From assembly GCA_963703955.1 (NCBI GenBank), contig CAVPGK010000012.1, positions 147,039-211,038 on the forward strand: a stretch of DNA of 64,000 nt, read 5' to 3'. The notes below the pieces were generated by a model. It made no database searches, was not told the DNA's origin, and was given only the letters and a program-made list of their open reading frames with translations. Source of the DNA: Nitrospirota bacterium (GTDB lineage Bacteria; Nitrospirota; Nitrospiria; Nitrospirales; Nitrospiraceae). Made by a program: the position numbers and the translations under genes. Numbering within the stretch: the stretch's first letter is position 1; each line of letters begins with the position of its first letter. This document shows positions 11,045 through 21,445 of this stretch, in pieces.

Positions 11045-11782
11045 TCACAGTCGTTCCGCCAGCGTGATCAGACCGGCTTCGGCGTCGCGGTCAGCTTCCG
11101 CATAGCGGTCGGGCGTGCCGATATCGGACCAATAGCCGTGCATGGTGAATCCGCTCACCCGCTCACCCCGTTGAATCTCGCGAACATAGGCATCAATGAT
11201 CGACGACTCCCGACCCACCGGAACATCTCGGAGCAGCTTCGGGTGCAGAATGTGAATGCCGGCAAACATTTTCTTGCCGCGAGGGGGAAAAGTCTCCGGC
11301 GAAAGTCCACGACCGCCAATTCTCACGAGCCGTTGGTCCTGATCCACCTCGACGGCGCCCCAACGGTCTGCATCCACATCGTCTCTCACGACCATCGTGG
11401 CCAGCGGACTCCGTTCGCGGTGAAAGGCCAACACAATGCTCAGATTGAGGTCCACCAACGTATCTCCGTTCAGCACAAAAAAGGGTTCACCGTGAAAGAA
11501 TGACTCGGCTTGTTTCAGGCCCCCGCCGGTACCCAGAATGACGGGTTCTTGTGAGTACTGCAGACGCATGCCGAACTGTGAGCCGTCACCGAGTTCTTTT
11601 TCGATCAGATGGCCGAGGTGGTGTAAATTGATGATCACCTCCATCACCCCGTGCTTCCGGAGCAAGAGGAGATTCCATACGATCAACGGCGTGCCCGCAA
11701 TCGGCAGGAGTGGCTTGGGAGTCGTATTGGTGAGCGGACGGAGGCGGGTACCGAAACCCGCTGCCAGGATCATGGCTTTCAT
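11045..11782 (-). CDS. murU: Sugar-phosphate nucleotidyltransferase, probable MurNAc-1-phosphate uridylyltransferase
   Basis: KAMILAAGFGTRLRPLT..PKPL and WSDIGT; directly downstream of an AmgK-like kinase. Confidence 0.75.
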   Translation of the reverse strand: MKAMILAAGFGTRLRPLTNTTPKPLLPIAGTPLIVWNLLLLRKHGVMEVIINLHHLGHLIEKELGDGSQFGMRLQYSQEPVILGTGGGLKQAESFFHGEPFFVLNGDTLVDLNLSIVLAFHRERSPLATMVVRDDVDADRWGAVEVDQDQRLVRIGGRGLSPETFPPRGKKMFAGIHILHPKLLRDVPVGRESSIIDAYVREIQRGERVSGFTMHGYWSDIGTPDRYAEADRDAEAGLITLAERL

Positions 11783-11809
11783 AACACTCTCATTCAGCCT
11801 TCCTGATGG

Positions 11810-12892
11810 CTACTGCAACTCCGATACATAGGGCGCGAGGTGCTTTTGGAGTGTCGCCAGTTCAGGGTATTTCGCCAGATTGCGGCGGACATACCCGAGA
11901 ACGCGCGGGATATCGGCCAGAAACTTGGGATTCCCCTTCACGCGATCGATGTACACAAAGCGCCCCGCCGCCTTCAGGTTCCGCTGGATGCTCATGAGGT
12001 CGAAGTGCCGCAGAAACGCCGCGCGGTCGGAAAATTCCCGCTCGTGGCCGGCCATGCGATCCAGATAATACACGATCAGCTCATCAATGAGTGCCTCATC
12101 CAGCGCGATATAGGCATCGCGTAGCAATGAGGCCAGATCATACACGGCCGGCCCCATCAGCGCATCCTGAAAATCAATCACGCCTAACCGCCCACCATCG
12201 ACCATGAGGTTGCGGGAATGGTAATCCCGGTGGGTGAACACCCGCGGCTGCGCCGCCAGCAGTTCGGCGATCTTTTGAAACTCGCAGCGCACCGGCTGCT
12301 CGTCCCCCGCACGCATCGGTTTCCCCTGTCGAGCCACGACCCCATACTCCAGAAAATGATCGAACTCCCACATCAGCAGCGGCACATCAAACCCTCGACC
12401 GAAGGCGATGCAGGCAGGATTCGCCGGGGCCGTCGCGCGGGTGTGGATCAGAACAAGCGTGTCGATGGCCTGTCGATACAAGGTGGCGATCATCTCACTC
12501 GCTGCCGTCTGGCACGCCTCGGTCAACGTGAGGTCACCGAAATCTTCCAGGTACAGCAATCCCGCCGTCTGGTCGAAATGATGGAGAACCGGCACCGCGA
12601 CATCGGCCTTGGCGAGATGATTTAACACGTTGACGAACGGCAGCTCCGTGATGTTCGAAGTAGCTCTGCTGACCGCCTCCTCCGACTGCTTAAACGCCTC
12701 CGGTGAGGCAAGTTGCATCAGAACTAACGATCGAGGCGGACCACCGACCAACTCGAGGCGAAAGTACCGTCGGTTGGAGGCGTCGCCGGCGAGGGGAGCT
12801 AGGGTAATGAGTTCCGCCAAGAAGGGAAGTTTCGTTCGAACCGTCTGGGCGACATGAGTCTGATCGGGTGGAGGAGGAACAGCAGGAGTCAT
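11810..12892 (-). CDS. amgK: Anomeric MurNAc/GlcNAc kinase (APH fold)
   Basis: GDASNRRYFR, LEDFGD, HRDYHSRNLM, IDFQDA and QRNLKAAG motifs. Confidence 0.8.
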   Translation of the reverse strand: MTPAVPPPPDQTHVAQTVRTKLPFLAELITLAPLAGDASNRRYFRLELVGGPPRSLVLMQLASPEAFKQSEEAVSRATSNITELPFVNVLNHLAKADVAVPVLHHFDQTAGLLYLEDFGDLTLTEACQTAASEMIATLYRQAIDTLVLIHTRATAPANPACIAFGRGFDVPLLMWEFDHFLEYGVVARQGKPMRAGDEQPVRCEFQKIAELLAAQPRVFTHRDYHSRNLMVDGGRLGVIDFQDALMGPAVYDLASLLRDAYIALDEALIDELIVYYLDRMAGHEREFSDRAAFLRHFDLMSIQRNLKAAGRFVYIDRVKGNPKFLADIPRVLGYVRRNLAKYPELATLQKHLAPYVSELQ

Positions 12893-12956
12893 CGAAGGGA
12901 AATTATACCGATCAGTCTTGATATTGTCACGTTATGGCTTGTCCCTGTGCCCCTTG

Positions 12957-13991
12957 TCATGAAGCTGGAACCGCTTCGATGATGCTGAACAGGCGCGGGG
13001 TTAGAATGATCCTCTTTAGAGAAAATCCGGCGCCGACGAGAAGGGCGCGGAACTCCTCCTCGGTGCGCTCGCGCCCGCCTAGCAAGACGAGCATGTTCAG
13101 ATCGCTCAGAAACTTCAGCGTGTCGCCTGTCGTCGCCGCTGGCAGCACGCGCTCGACCAGGAGCAGGGTGCCCCTTCTTCCTATCGCGCGAGCACAATTC
13201 TTAAGAATCACCGATGCTCGATCGTCGTCCCAGTCATGGATGACGGCCGCAAGAATATAGGTATCCCCTCCCTCTGGTACCGAAGCAAAGAAATCCCCGG
13301 CCACAATTCGACAGCGATCTGCCACACCGACCTCGGACAGGATGAGGTCCGCTCCGGCGACCACGTGCGGCTGGTCATACAGGATACTCTTGAGCCTCGG
13401 GTTCGCCTTGAGGATGGCGGCCAGCAGGCCACCGTTCCCTCCCCCGACATCCACCACCGTACGTACTTGGGAGAAGTCGTAAGCCGCGGCCACATCCGCG
13501 TGCCGCTGTGGGGCGGCGCCCGTCATGGCTCGGTCGAAGAGAGCGCTCGCCTCAGGGTGCTGGGCCAAGTACTGGAAAAACTCCTGGCCGTGCGCATGCG
13601 CAAAGCCTGCCTTGCCCGTGGTCACACTGTACGGTAGATCCCATCCTCGCCAGAACCACGGCGATCCGTGCATGAGGGCATAGTCTCGGACTGAATGAGA
13701 CCCGCCTGCTAACAAGTAACGCGCAAGCGGGGCCATGATGAAGCGGCCCGCCTGATCCTTGGTAAACACCCCGGCGCTGCACAGTACCCGCATGACCCGA
13801 TCAAGTGAGGGGCCGTGGACTCCGGTTGCTCGCCCAAGGTCCTCACCGCTCTGTGGACCGGCACTCAGCAGATCGGCGATCCCCAACTTCGCCGCCACGT
13901 ACACAGCTTGGGACAGTTGATAGCCGAAGACCATCTGGAGCAGGGCTTCCGGTGAAGCAACGAATTCCTGACTCGGGTGACTCTGGTCCAT
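12957..13991 (-). CDS. SAM-dependent O-methyltransferase with dimerisation domain
   Basis: AAKLGIAD, VDVGGGNG, GDFF, HDW and GGRERT motifs. Confidence 0.9.
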   Translation of the reverse strand: MDQSHPSQEFVASPEALLQMVFGYQLSQAVYVAAKLGIADLLSAGPQSGEDLGRATGVHGPSLDRVMRVLCSAGVFTKDQAGRFIMAPLARYLLAGGSHSVRDYALMHGSPWFWRGWDLPYSVTTGKAGFAHAHGQEFFQYLAQHPEASALFDRAMTGAAPQRHADVAAAYDFSQVRTVVDVGGGNGGLLAAILKANPRLKSILYDQPHVVAGADLILSEVGVADRCRIVAGDFFASVPEGGDTYILAAVIHDWDDDRASVILKNCARAIGRRGTLLLVERVLPAATTGDTLKFLSDLNMLVLLGGRERTEEEFRALLVGAGFSLKRIILTPRLFSIIEAVPAS

Positions 13992-14122
13992 GTTCTACCT
14001 CCGCTGGCACGATGATCGGCTCTGTGCCGACCTCATCGACTTCCTGGATGTATACGGGTATAGCAGCTGTGTTGCAACCCGCAGGACTCTTCTGCTAGGA
14101 GAGCATCGGGGGTACCGTCACC

Positions 14123-15094
14123 ATGAATTACGTTCATCTCGGACGATCGGGGTTGAAGGTTAGTCGTCTCTGTCTGGGTTGTATGAATTTTGGGCCGGAG
14201 ACGGAGGAGAACGACAGCTTCCGGATCATGGATCGAGCGTTGGAGCTGGGCATTAACTTCTTCGATACAGCGAATGTCTATGGTGGAAAATTGGGGGAAG
14301 GCGTCACGGAGCAGATCATCGGCCGATGGTTTGCTCAAGGCGGCGGCCGGCGGGAGCAGGTGGTGCTGGCCACCAAGGTTTATGGCCGGATGGGCGACCG
14401 GCCGAACCAGTCGCGGCTGTCGGCCCTGCACATTCGCCGGGCTTGCGAAGACAGTCTGAGGCGGCTGCGGACGGATTACCTCGATCTCTACCAAATGCAC
14501 CACATCGATCGAGAGACACCGTGGGAAGAAGTGTGGCAGGCGATGGAACAGCTCTGCCGGGAGGGGAAGGTCATCTATGTCGGCAGCAGCAATTTTGCCG
14601 GCTGGCATATTGCACAGGCGCAGGAGATTGCGAAGAGCCGTCACTTTATGGGGTTGGTGGCGGAGCAGAGCCTCTACAATCTGCACGCACGCATGATTGA
14701 GCTGGAGGTCATCCCGGCGTGTGAGGCCTACGGCGTGGGGTTGATTCCCTGGAGCCCACTGGCGCGCGGCCTGCTGGCCGGCGCCTTACAACCGGTCACG
14801 GTCGGAAGGCGCGCGGCTAAGGATCTTCGCAAGGAGGTTGAGATGCACCGAGCTACGTTGGAATCGCATGAGACGGTCTGTCGCGATCTTGGTGAGCAAC
14901 CCGCCGATGTGGCCGTGGCTTGGCTTCTTCATCAGAAGGCCGTCACCTCTCCGATCATCGGACCCAGGACGCTTGACCAATTGAATGGCGCGATGCGGGC
15001 GTTGGAGATCACGCTTTCGCCTGAGACCCTGACTCGACTCGATCAGATCTTCCCGGGACCCGGTGGACCGGCTCCTGAAGCCTACGCATGGTGA
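14123..15094 (+). CDS. Aldo/keto reductase
   Basis: LGRSGLKVSRLCLG, FDTANVY, LATK, DLYQMH and PWSPLARG motifs. Confidence 0.92.
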   Translation: MNYVHLGRSGLKVSRLCLGCMNFGPETEENDSFRIMDRALELGINFFDTANVYGGKLGEGVTEQIIGRWFAQGGGRREQVVLATKVYGRMGDRPNQSRLSALHIRRACEDSLRRLRTDYLDLYQMHHIDRETPWEEVWQAMEQLCREGKVIYVGSSNFAGWHIAQAQEIAKSRHFMGLVAEQSLYNLHARMIELEVIPACEAYGVGLIPWSPLARGLLAGALQPVTVGRRAAKDLRKEVEMHRATLESHETVCRDLGEQPADVAVAWLLHQKAVTSPIIGPRTLDQLNGAMRALEITLSPETLTRLDQIFPGPGGPAPEAYAW

Positions 15095-15133
15095 ACACAC
15101 CAGCCGCCATGATTGAAGTTCCCTGGAGCCGCC

Positions 15134-15901
15134 TTATTTCATGTGGACATTGAGATGGCTCCGTCGGTTTTGATCGTAACACGACTCACCTTGCTCCGTG
15201 CAGAACGGCCGCTCCTTGCCGTACGACATGTTCGTCAGCCGATTCGCATTCACGCCAAGATCGATCAGATACTTCCGAACCGCCTTCGCCCTCTTCTCGC
15301 CCAGAACCAAGTTATAGGCCGAGGTACCGCGCTCATCGCAGTGTCCTTCGATCGTGGCGACATGACTTGTATTGGCTTTGAGCCACTCGGCGTCCACGCT
15401 TAAGGAGTCTTTGCCCTCTTCGGTGATAGCCCAGCTGTCGAAGGGGAAAAACACATCCTTGAACGTGTGCCCCGCGACGGTGACCTGGAATCGCTGAGAC
15501 TCCTCGGCTTGGCGACGCGCCACATCAGACGGCTTTGCTCTCGCGACCACAAGGTCGTCAACCGTGAGCTCTTGCTGGCCATTGACGAGTGAATCCCTTT
15601 GTGCAACGCCCGACAAGGAGGGAAACGCCGAACGAGAACTCTGGTTCGCTTGATTCGATGCTGTACCCTCGGCCATTGAGAGCTGGTGTTCATTAGGCAT
15701 CTGGGACCCTCCCTCAGAGTGAGCCGCCGGATTACCGTTGAACTGCCTGCCAGAGCCGGCAGACGCTTCAAGGGAAGCCTTGGCAGCGGCATTCGCGTGA
15801 TCCAGACTTGAATCCGTTTGAATCGATTTGGTACAGCCTCCCCCAAGCATGAGAATGAACACGCCCACAACGCCCAGGAAGGTTTTTGATCTTGTATCCA
15901 T
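15134..15901 (-). CDS. Pal/OmpA-family peptidoglycan-binding lipoprotein with a long linker
   Basis: Lipobox-like LGGGC; IEGHCDERGTSAYNLVLGEKRA, SYGKERP and NRR. Confidence 0.85.
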   Translation of the reverse strand: MDTRSKTFLGVVGVFILMLGGGCTKSIQTDSSLDHANAAAKASLEASAGSGRQFNGNPAAHSEGGSQMPNEHQLSMAEGTASNQANQSSRSAFPSLSGVAQRDSLVNGQQELTVDDLVVARAKPSDVARRQAEESQRFQVTVAGHTFKDVFFPFDSWAITEEGKDSLSVDAEWLKANTSHVATIEGHCDERGTSAYNLVLGEKRAKAVRKYLIDLGVNANRLTNMSYGKERPFCTEQGESCYDQNRRSHLNVHMK

Positions 15902-16251
15902 AACTCCTCCTTTATTCACGGCCTGATGAGGCTCGGACTTAGGGGCAATCTCTCATGTCCACTCTGCGCCCTGCCGACGGCACGTCATTGTTTTAGCGTG
16001 AAATACTGAATCGTCAAATCCATTGGTGGGACGTCGAGAACGTGCGCCGACTTTGGCCATAAAGACCAAAAAATGGGCTGCACCCCCGGCAGAGCGAGCC
16101 CCTCCCATCCTTGGTCCGTGCGAAAATGAACCGGAGAGCCAAAACGCGGGCGGTTGATGCGCCGCCTTCTTTCTTGTAAAACCTTTGTCCTCGCGTGTGG
16201 CGGTCGGATTCGGACTGGTTTCCAATACTCCAACAGTGAAGGAGACGTGTC

Positions 16252-16981
16252 ATGAGAAAGATCATATCGCTGTTCAGACTTGCCGACCGGTCGCGGCCCT
16301 TGATCATTCTCAGCCTTTTCTCCTTCGGGCTGCTTTGCCTTCCCGAAGCGGTTCCGCAGAGGGCGAACGAGTGGAATTGTTGGGAGAGTATCAATACACC
16401 TACGGCGATCAACAGACACCCGATCAGGCTCGCCAGATCGCCTGCACGATGGCTGTCCGGAAAGCGATTGAGTCCTATCCCGTCTTCGTGGAGGACACCT
16501 CCCCCGTCAAGGACCCTGCCGTCATCAAAGCCGTGATCCAAACCCTTGCCTCCGGCTACTTGCAAGATCTGCAGATCGTCGATCAAACGGAAGAAGGGCG
16601 TCGCGTCTCGTGCAAGGTGCGGGCTTTTGTCGAACCCGGCGTGTTCAAGACCGTCCTGAACCGGGAGTTGAGCCGATTGCTCGATCGCAAGGATCCGGAG
16701 GTTGTGGACGAAAAGTATCGCCAGATCAAGATCCTTAGCGTGTCGGATTACCTGGTGGAAGACACGAGGAAAAAAAGGACCGTCCGTGAGATTAAGGTCG
16801 TCTACCAGCAGGTAGGCAGCGATTCAACCCAGGTCCTGATCGATTTTATGACACAAAAGGCAAACCGCTGACCGGAAAGCGAAGCTCAACCCAGGAATTT
16901 CTACTTCCTGGCGAAATCAGACAGGTCCTCTTTACGATGCCAGATGACGCGCGTTCCTACCGGGTGTGGCTGAGGAAGTAA
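16252..16981 (+). CDS. Exported hypothetical protein with two frameshifts (about 16353 and 16845)
   Basis: GGAG RBS and signal peptide in the 16252 frame; core in the 16185..16871 frame; restoring one T in TTTT gives FYDTKGKPL..LLPGEIRQV..VWLRK* ending at 16981. Confidence 0.55.
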
Positions 16982-17029
16982 AGGGCGATGGGGTTATTGA
17001 GCACCGGCCGCGGTAATTGCTGGTGACTA

Positions 17030-17471
17030 TTATGGAACGCCGGCATCGTCCGACCGTTCGATCATCCGATGCCAGCCCCAGGCTCCGACGGTCGCGCTCG
17101 CCAAGTCCGTCAGCAGATCCAGGGCATCTGCCTGGCGACGCGGCACGAACGCCTGATGGAGCTCATCGGTCAGACCGTATATCGTCGCGGCGACAATGGC
17201 CAGAAGAATCGCGTAGCAAGCGCCCCAGGCTCCGGGCTGCATACCGAAACGCCCGATAGCAGAGGCCGCCGAGGATCCCATACTCCACCGCATGGAGGAC
17301 TGTATCGCTGAGCAGTTCGAACAGCGGCGGGGCAAGATCCTCGGGATGCGAGAGGGACGAGAGATAGAAAACTAGAGCCGCATAGACCACGACCGGCGCC
17401 CAATAGAGGCTGAGTCGAGCCGTGCTCGGCGCGCCTGCGATCTCAAGCTGCTCGTCCCGCATGCCCCGCAT
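17030..17471 (-). CDS. VanZ-family membrane protein, one extra base near 17235
   Basis: YWAPVVVYAALVFYLSS..LHAVEYGILG in one frame; YGLTDELHQAFVPRRQADALDLLTD in the other. Confidence 0.75.
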
Positions 17472-17743
17472 CCATGAGGCTCGGGTTCGCTTATCACGAC
17501 CATGGGCGCAACGTGGGTGATGTCTTTGCTACTAAATGATCGGACCATCGACGACAATGCTTATATCATAGTCGAGCCTCAACGGTCAGAAGGAATCCTT
17601 GAAAAGTGGCGCACGATGGCATTCACACCCCATTCCAATGGGCAACACACCGTGAGACTCTATCTCATGTACGCGGCGACGGACAAGCCATCGACTGTAC
17701 AGAAAAGCATCCCAATGGAGTATAGGAGGTGAGACGGATCGCG

Positions 17744-17772
17744 TTGAAACCCATGTCACCCTGTGACATACT
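17744..17772 (+). promoter_or_regulatory. Putative sigma70 promoter with an embedded palindrome upstream of GH57
   Basis: TTGAAA-N17-CATACT; perfect ATGTCAC-ccT-GTGACAT inverted repeat at 17753-17769. Confidence 0.45.
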
Positions 17773-17796
17773 GCGCCGGGCTTTGGATTGCCGCGT

Positions 17797-19986
17797 ATGA
17801 AAAGCGTCCACATCTGCTTTCTCTGGCACATGCATCAGCCGTACTACACCGACCCGGTGGCCGGGACGGCGAGCATGCCATGGGTACGGTTTCACGCGAT
17901 CAAGGCCTACTTCGATATGGCGTTCATGATCGAACGCTTTCCCTCCGTGCGCGCCACCTTCAATTTTACGCCGTCACTGCTGCTTCAATTAAGGGAGTTG
18001 TCGTCGGGAAGGGTCACGGACCTCTTTTACGAGCACGCGCGAAAGCCGGCGGCCGATCTGACCGAGGCGGAACGCGCGTTCGTCGTCCGGCATTTCTTCG
18101 CCATCAACTGGCTTACGATGGTCCGGCCACATCCCCGCTATCATGAGTTGCTGGTAAAACGCGGCACGGAGGTTCGGGGACAGGACCTCAATCGTCTGGC
18201 CCGGCAATTCACCACGCAGGAACTACTGGACCTTCAGGTGTGGCACAATCTGGCATGGTTCGGGTTCGGTGCTGTCGCCCGCTATCCCCGATTAGGCGCG
18301 CTACGGCAGAAGGACCGAGGCTTTACAGAAGAAGAGAAAGATGAGGTGTTGGCGATCCAGCGCCGGATTATCGACGAGATCATCCCGTTCTACCGACGGC
18401 TGGCGGGAACCGGCGAGATCGAGCTGACCACCACTCCCTTCTACCACCCGATTCTGCCTCTGATCATCGATACGGAATTTGCCCGGCGGGCGCGCCCTGA
18501 GACCCCGCTCCCCTCACATTTTCACGCGCCGGAGGACGCTGAGCAACATCTTCGATCGGCGGTGGCGCTACACACCGAGCTGTTCGGCCGGCCTCCCCAA
18601 GGGCTGTGGCCGTCCGAGGGGTCAGTGTGTCCCGAGATGATTCCGATGGTGAAACGGGCCGGGCTGACCTGGATGGCGACGGACGAAGGCGTGCTCGCCC
18701 GTTCGCTCGGCGGTTGGGAACGCCAGACCGCGCTCTATCAGCCCTACTCGGCCGGTCACGCCGGGGAAGATATTCACATCATCTTTCGCGACCGGGAGAT
18801 CTCGGATGCGTTCGGCTTCGTCTATTCGAAATCGACGCCGGAATCGGCCGTCGAGGATGTGCTGCGTCGTCTTGGCGGTATTGCGCACCATACCCCGGGA
18901 GACCATCTTCTGATCCCGATCATCCTAGATGGAGAGAATCCTTGGGAACACTATCACGACGGCGGAGAGCGATTCCTAAACGGTCTGTACGCCCACTTCA
19001 CAAGGGGGAGCCTCAATGTGGGAAATCAGATCCTGGTCTCAACCGAGACGGTCAGCCGGTCCCTCAAGACCCATCCGCCGACCGGAAGATTGGGGCACCT
19101 TCATACGGGGTCGTGGATCAATACCGACTTCAAAATCTGGATCGGACATCAAGAAGACAATCGCGCGTGGGACCTGCTTCGAGAAACCAGAGCGCGGCTG
19201 GTCGAGTTGACCAAGAATCTCCCACCGGATCAGGCACAGGGCGCGTGGCAAGAGCTGTACGCTGCGGAGGGCAGTGATTGGTTTTGGTGGTACGGCGATG
19301 ATTTCGAAACAGACTTCAAGTCGGAATTCGACCGGCTGTTTCGTACCCATCTCCGCAACGTGTTCATCCGAGCGGGCGCACCGGTGCCGGACTTTCTCAA
19401 TGAACCGGTCATGGGCGTCTTGGAGTTCGAAGCCCAACAGGTGCGTCTTCCCGTTCGTTTGCTTGCGCCGACCATCGACGGCCTTGTTTCTTCCTTTTTC
19501 GAATGGCGCGGGGCCGGCAGCATCGATCCGTCGCCTCCGCTGGGCGCCATGTGGACATCGAACCGCCTCTTCACCTGGATCGGATTCGGCTACGATTTGG
19601 AGGTCCTATTCCTCCGGCTCGACACTGCTGTCGATCCATCAGGCGCCACAACGGCAAGCAACCTGGAGCTGCATATTGTCACACCCGATACACGCTATAG
19701 GGTGGTCTTTTCCTTGACTACCCCCGCACTCGACGAGTTGACCCTCTTCTCGGCGTCTCATGATGCCGCCTACGCGGAAGTCGGTCGTTCGCGGATGGTC
19801 GCGCGGCAAAAGGTGATCGAACTGGGGATCCCGTTCAAAGATCTCAACCTGCACTCAGGTCAGACCTTCAAAATGACCCTTGTGGTCACCGAACATGGTC
19901 TGGAGGTCGAGCGCTATCCACGGCAACGGCCGATCGCGCTGACGGTCCCGGATCATAATTTTGATGCGATCATGTGGAGAGTGTGA
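17797..19986 (+). CDS. GH57 glycoside hydrolase (amylopullulanase/alpha-amylase-like)
   Basis: WHMHQPYY, PFYHPILP, WPSEG, LDGEN and AEGSDWFWW motifs. Confidence 0.92.
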   Translation: MKSVHICFLWHMHQPYYTDPVAGTASMPWVRFHAIKAYFDMAFMIERFPSVRATFNFTPSLLLQLRELSSGRVTDLFYEHARKPAADLTEAERAFVVRHFFAINWLTMVRPHPRYHELLVKRGTEVRGQDLNRLARQFTTQELLDLQVWHNLAWFGFGAVARYPRLGALRQKDRGFTEEEKDEVLAIQRRIIDEIIPFYRRLAGTGEIELTTTPFYHPILPLIIDTEFARRARPETPLPSHFHAPEDAEQHLRSAVALHTELFGRPPQGLWPSEGSVCPEMIPMVKRAGLTWMATDEGVLARSLGGWERQTALYQPYSAGHAGEDIHIIFRDREISDAFGFVYSKSTPESAVEDVLRRLGGIAHHTPGDHLLIPIILDGENPWEHYHDGGERFLNGLYAHFTRGSLNVGNQILVSTETVSRSLKTHPPTGRLGHLHTGSWINTDFKIWIGHQEDNRAWDLLRETRARLVELTKNLPPDQAQGAWQELYAAEGSDWFWWYGDDFETDFKSEFDRLFRTHLRNVFIRAGAPVPDFLNEPVMGVLEFEAQQVRLPVRLLAPTIDGLVSSFFEWRGAGSIDPSPPLGAMWTSNRLFTWIGFGYDLEVLFLRLDTAVDPSGATTASNLELHIVTPDTRYRVVFSLTTPALDELTLFSASHDAAYAEVGRSRMVARQKVIELGIPFKDLNLHSGQTFKMTLVVTEHGLEVERYPRQRPIALTVPDHNFDAIMWRV

Positions 19987-20056
19987 GTAGGATCCTTATG
20001 GAAGACGGGGTGGTTGGGCTGGGCTCCGTGCCCGCGCAGTGGATTGAGTAAAAGGT

Positions 20057-21064
20057 ATGTCTGAATTACGTCGCGATCCTGTCGTTGGCCGGTGGGTAAT
20101 TATCTCCACTGAGCGAGCCGGACGGCCGCGTGATTTCCTGGAGACCCACCCGGCGCGTCACCCTTCTGCCGACATCTGTCCGTTCTGCCCCGGTCAGGAG
20201 CGTCTCACGCCCAGTGAGGTTTTGGCGTATCGTTCGCCCCCGGGCGAACCAAACTCCTCCAATTGGACTGTGCGGGTCGTCCCGAATAAGTTTCCGGCGC
20301 TTCAGGTTGAAGGAGACTTGGGGCGTGAGGGCGTCGGCATTTATGACCGAATGAACGGCATCGGTGCACATGAAGTGGTCATTGAGACGAACGACCACAA
20401 GCAATCTCTCTCCGACCTGCCCCCCACACGCATCGAGGATGTTCTGTGGGCATATCGCGATAGGATCGTCGACCTCAAGGGAGACTTGCGGTTTCGGTAC
20501 ATCCTGGTCTTCAAGAACCATGGAGCGGCCGCCGGCGCCACCTTGGAGCACGCCCACTCCCAACTGATCGCCTTGCCCGTGGTCCCCACGAGTGTCCTCA
20601 GCGAGGTCGAAAGCTGCCGCGCGCACTTCCAACAGAAGGAACGCTGTATCTACTGCGACATCATTCGACATGAACTCAGCTCGGGGGATCGCATCGTCGC
20701 GGATAACCCTGAGTTCTTGTCTATCACACCCTTTGCCCCACGGTTCCCCTTTGAGATGTGGATCCTGCCCAAGCGCCATGCAGCGTATTTCGAGGAAAGC
20801 CAGCGAACGCAATTCGAATGGCTGGCCCGTATCCTCTCCGAATCGTTACAACGCATGGATCGAGCGTTGACGCGACCTGCATTTAACTTCATCCTGCACA
20901 CGTCCCCGTTGCACGAGAAGACCGGCGATTTTTATCACTGGCATCTCGAACTGATTCCCAAGCTCACCCAAATAGCCGGATTTGAATGGGGCACCGGCTT
21001 CTATATCAATCCGGTGATGCCGGAGGAATCGGCTAAATTTCTTCGGGAAGCAGAACTGTCATAG
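20057..21064 (+). CDS. galT: GalT-family nucleotidyltransferase
   Basis: CPFCPG, NKFPAL, HEVVIE, EHAHSQ (HxHxQ) and GFEWGTG motifs. Confidence 0.85.
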   Translation: MSELRRDPVVGRWVIISTERAGRPRDFLETHPARHPSADICPFCPGQERLTPSEVLAYRSPPGEPNSSNWTVRVVPNKFPALQVEGDLGREGVGIYDRMNGIGAHEVVIETNDHKQSLSDLPPTRIEDVLWAYRDRIVDLKGDLRFRYILVFKNHGAAAGATLEHAHSQLIALPVVPTSVLSEVESCRAHFQQKERCIYCDIIRHELSSGDRIVADNPEFLSITPFAPRFPFEMWILPKRHAAYFEESQRTQFEWLARILSESLQRMDRALTRPAFNFILHTSPLHEKTGDFYHWHLELIPKLTQIAGFEWGTGFYINPVMPEESAKFLREAELS

Positions 21065-21171
21065 AGCTCACCCGTCAGCCATCCGCAGCCGGTGTGTTAC
21101 TAAGGCAGGAACTGATCGCTACACCGCCATCGTGATTGCATTCGCAATGGCGGCGAGCTTATCATCTTCTT

Positions 21172-21438
21172 ATGAAGGTGCAACTCAGTCATCCTGCGCG
21201 GGAGGTCGAGGTCAAGGGCCCGAAGCGTGTGAGGGAACTCTTGCGCGATCTCAACCTAGTCCAGGAAGCTCACCTGGTCATTCGCGGCGATGATCTGATC
21301 ACCGAAGATGAAATGTTGAAAGACACGGATCACGTCGAGATTCGGCCGGTGATTTCAGGGGGCTCTGCTTCAGGCACGGGCGCGAGTTCAGTGGAAGACC
21401 GTCTAACTCGTTACCCCGTCCCCCTCGCTCCTGCCTGA
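21172..21438 (+). CDS. ThiS/MoaD-family sulfur carrier (TtuB-like) with 24 aa after the GG motif
   Basis: Beta-grasp-like sequence ending EIRPVISGG, then SASGTG..PLAPA*; adjacent to TtuA. Confidence 0.75.
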   Translation: MKVQLSHPAREVEVKGPKRVRELLRDLNLVQEAHLVIRGDDLITEDEMLKDTDHVEIRPVISGGSASGTGASSVEDRLTRYPVPLAPA

Positions 21439-21445
21439 GGACGTC

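Noticed and set aside
11045..12892. Aminoglycoside-phosphotransferase-like gene as a resistance determinant
   Set aside because: Motifs and pairing with a MurU-like gene fit the known AmgK-MurU peptidoglycan recycling route
17502..17732. 76-aa ORF between the VanZ-like and GH57 genes
   Set aside because: No clear RBS or recognisable motif; probably divergent-promoter DNA
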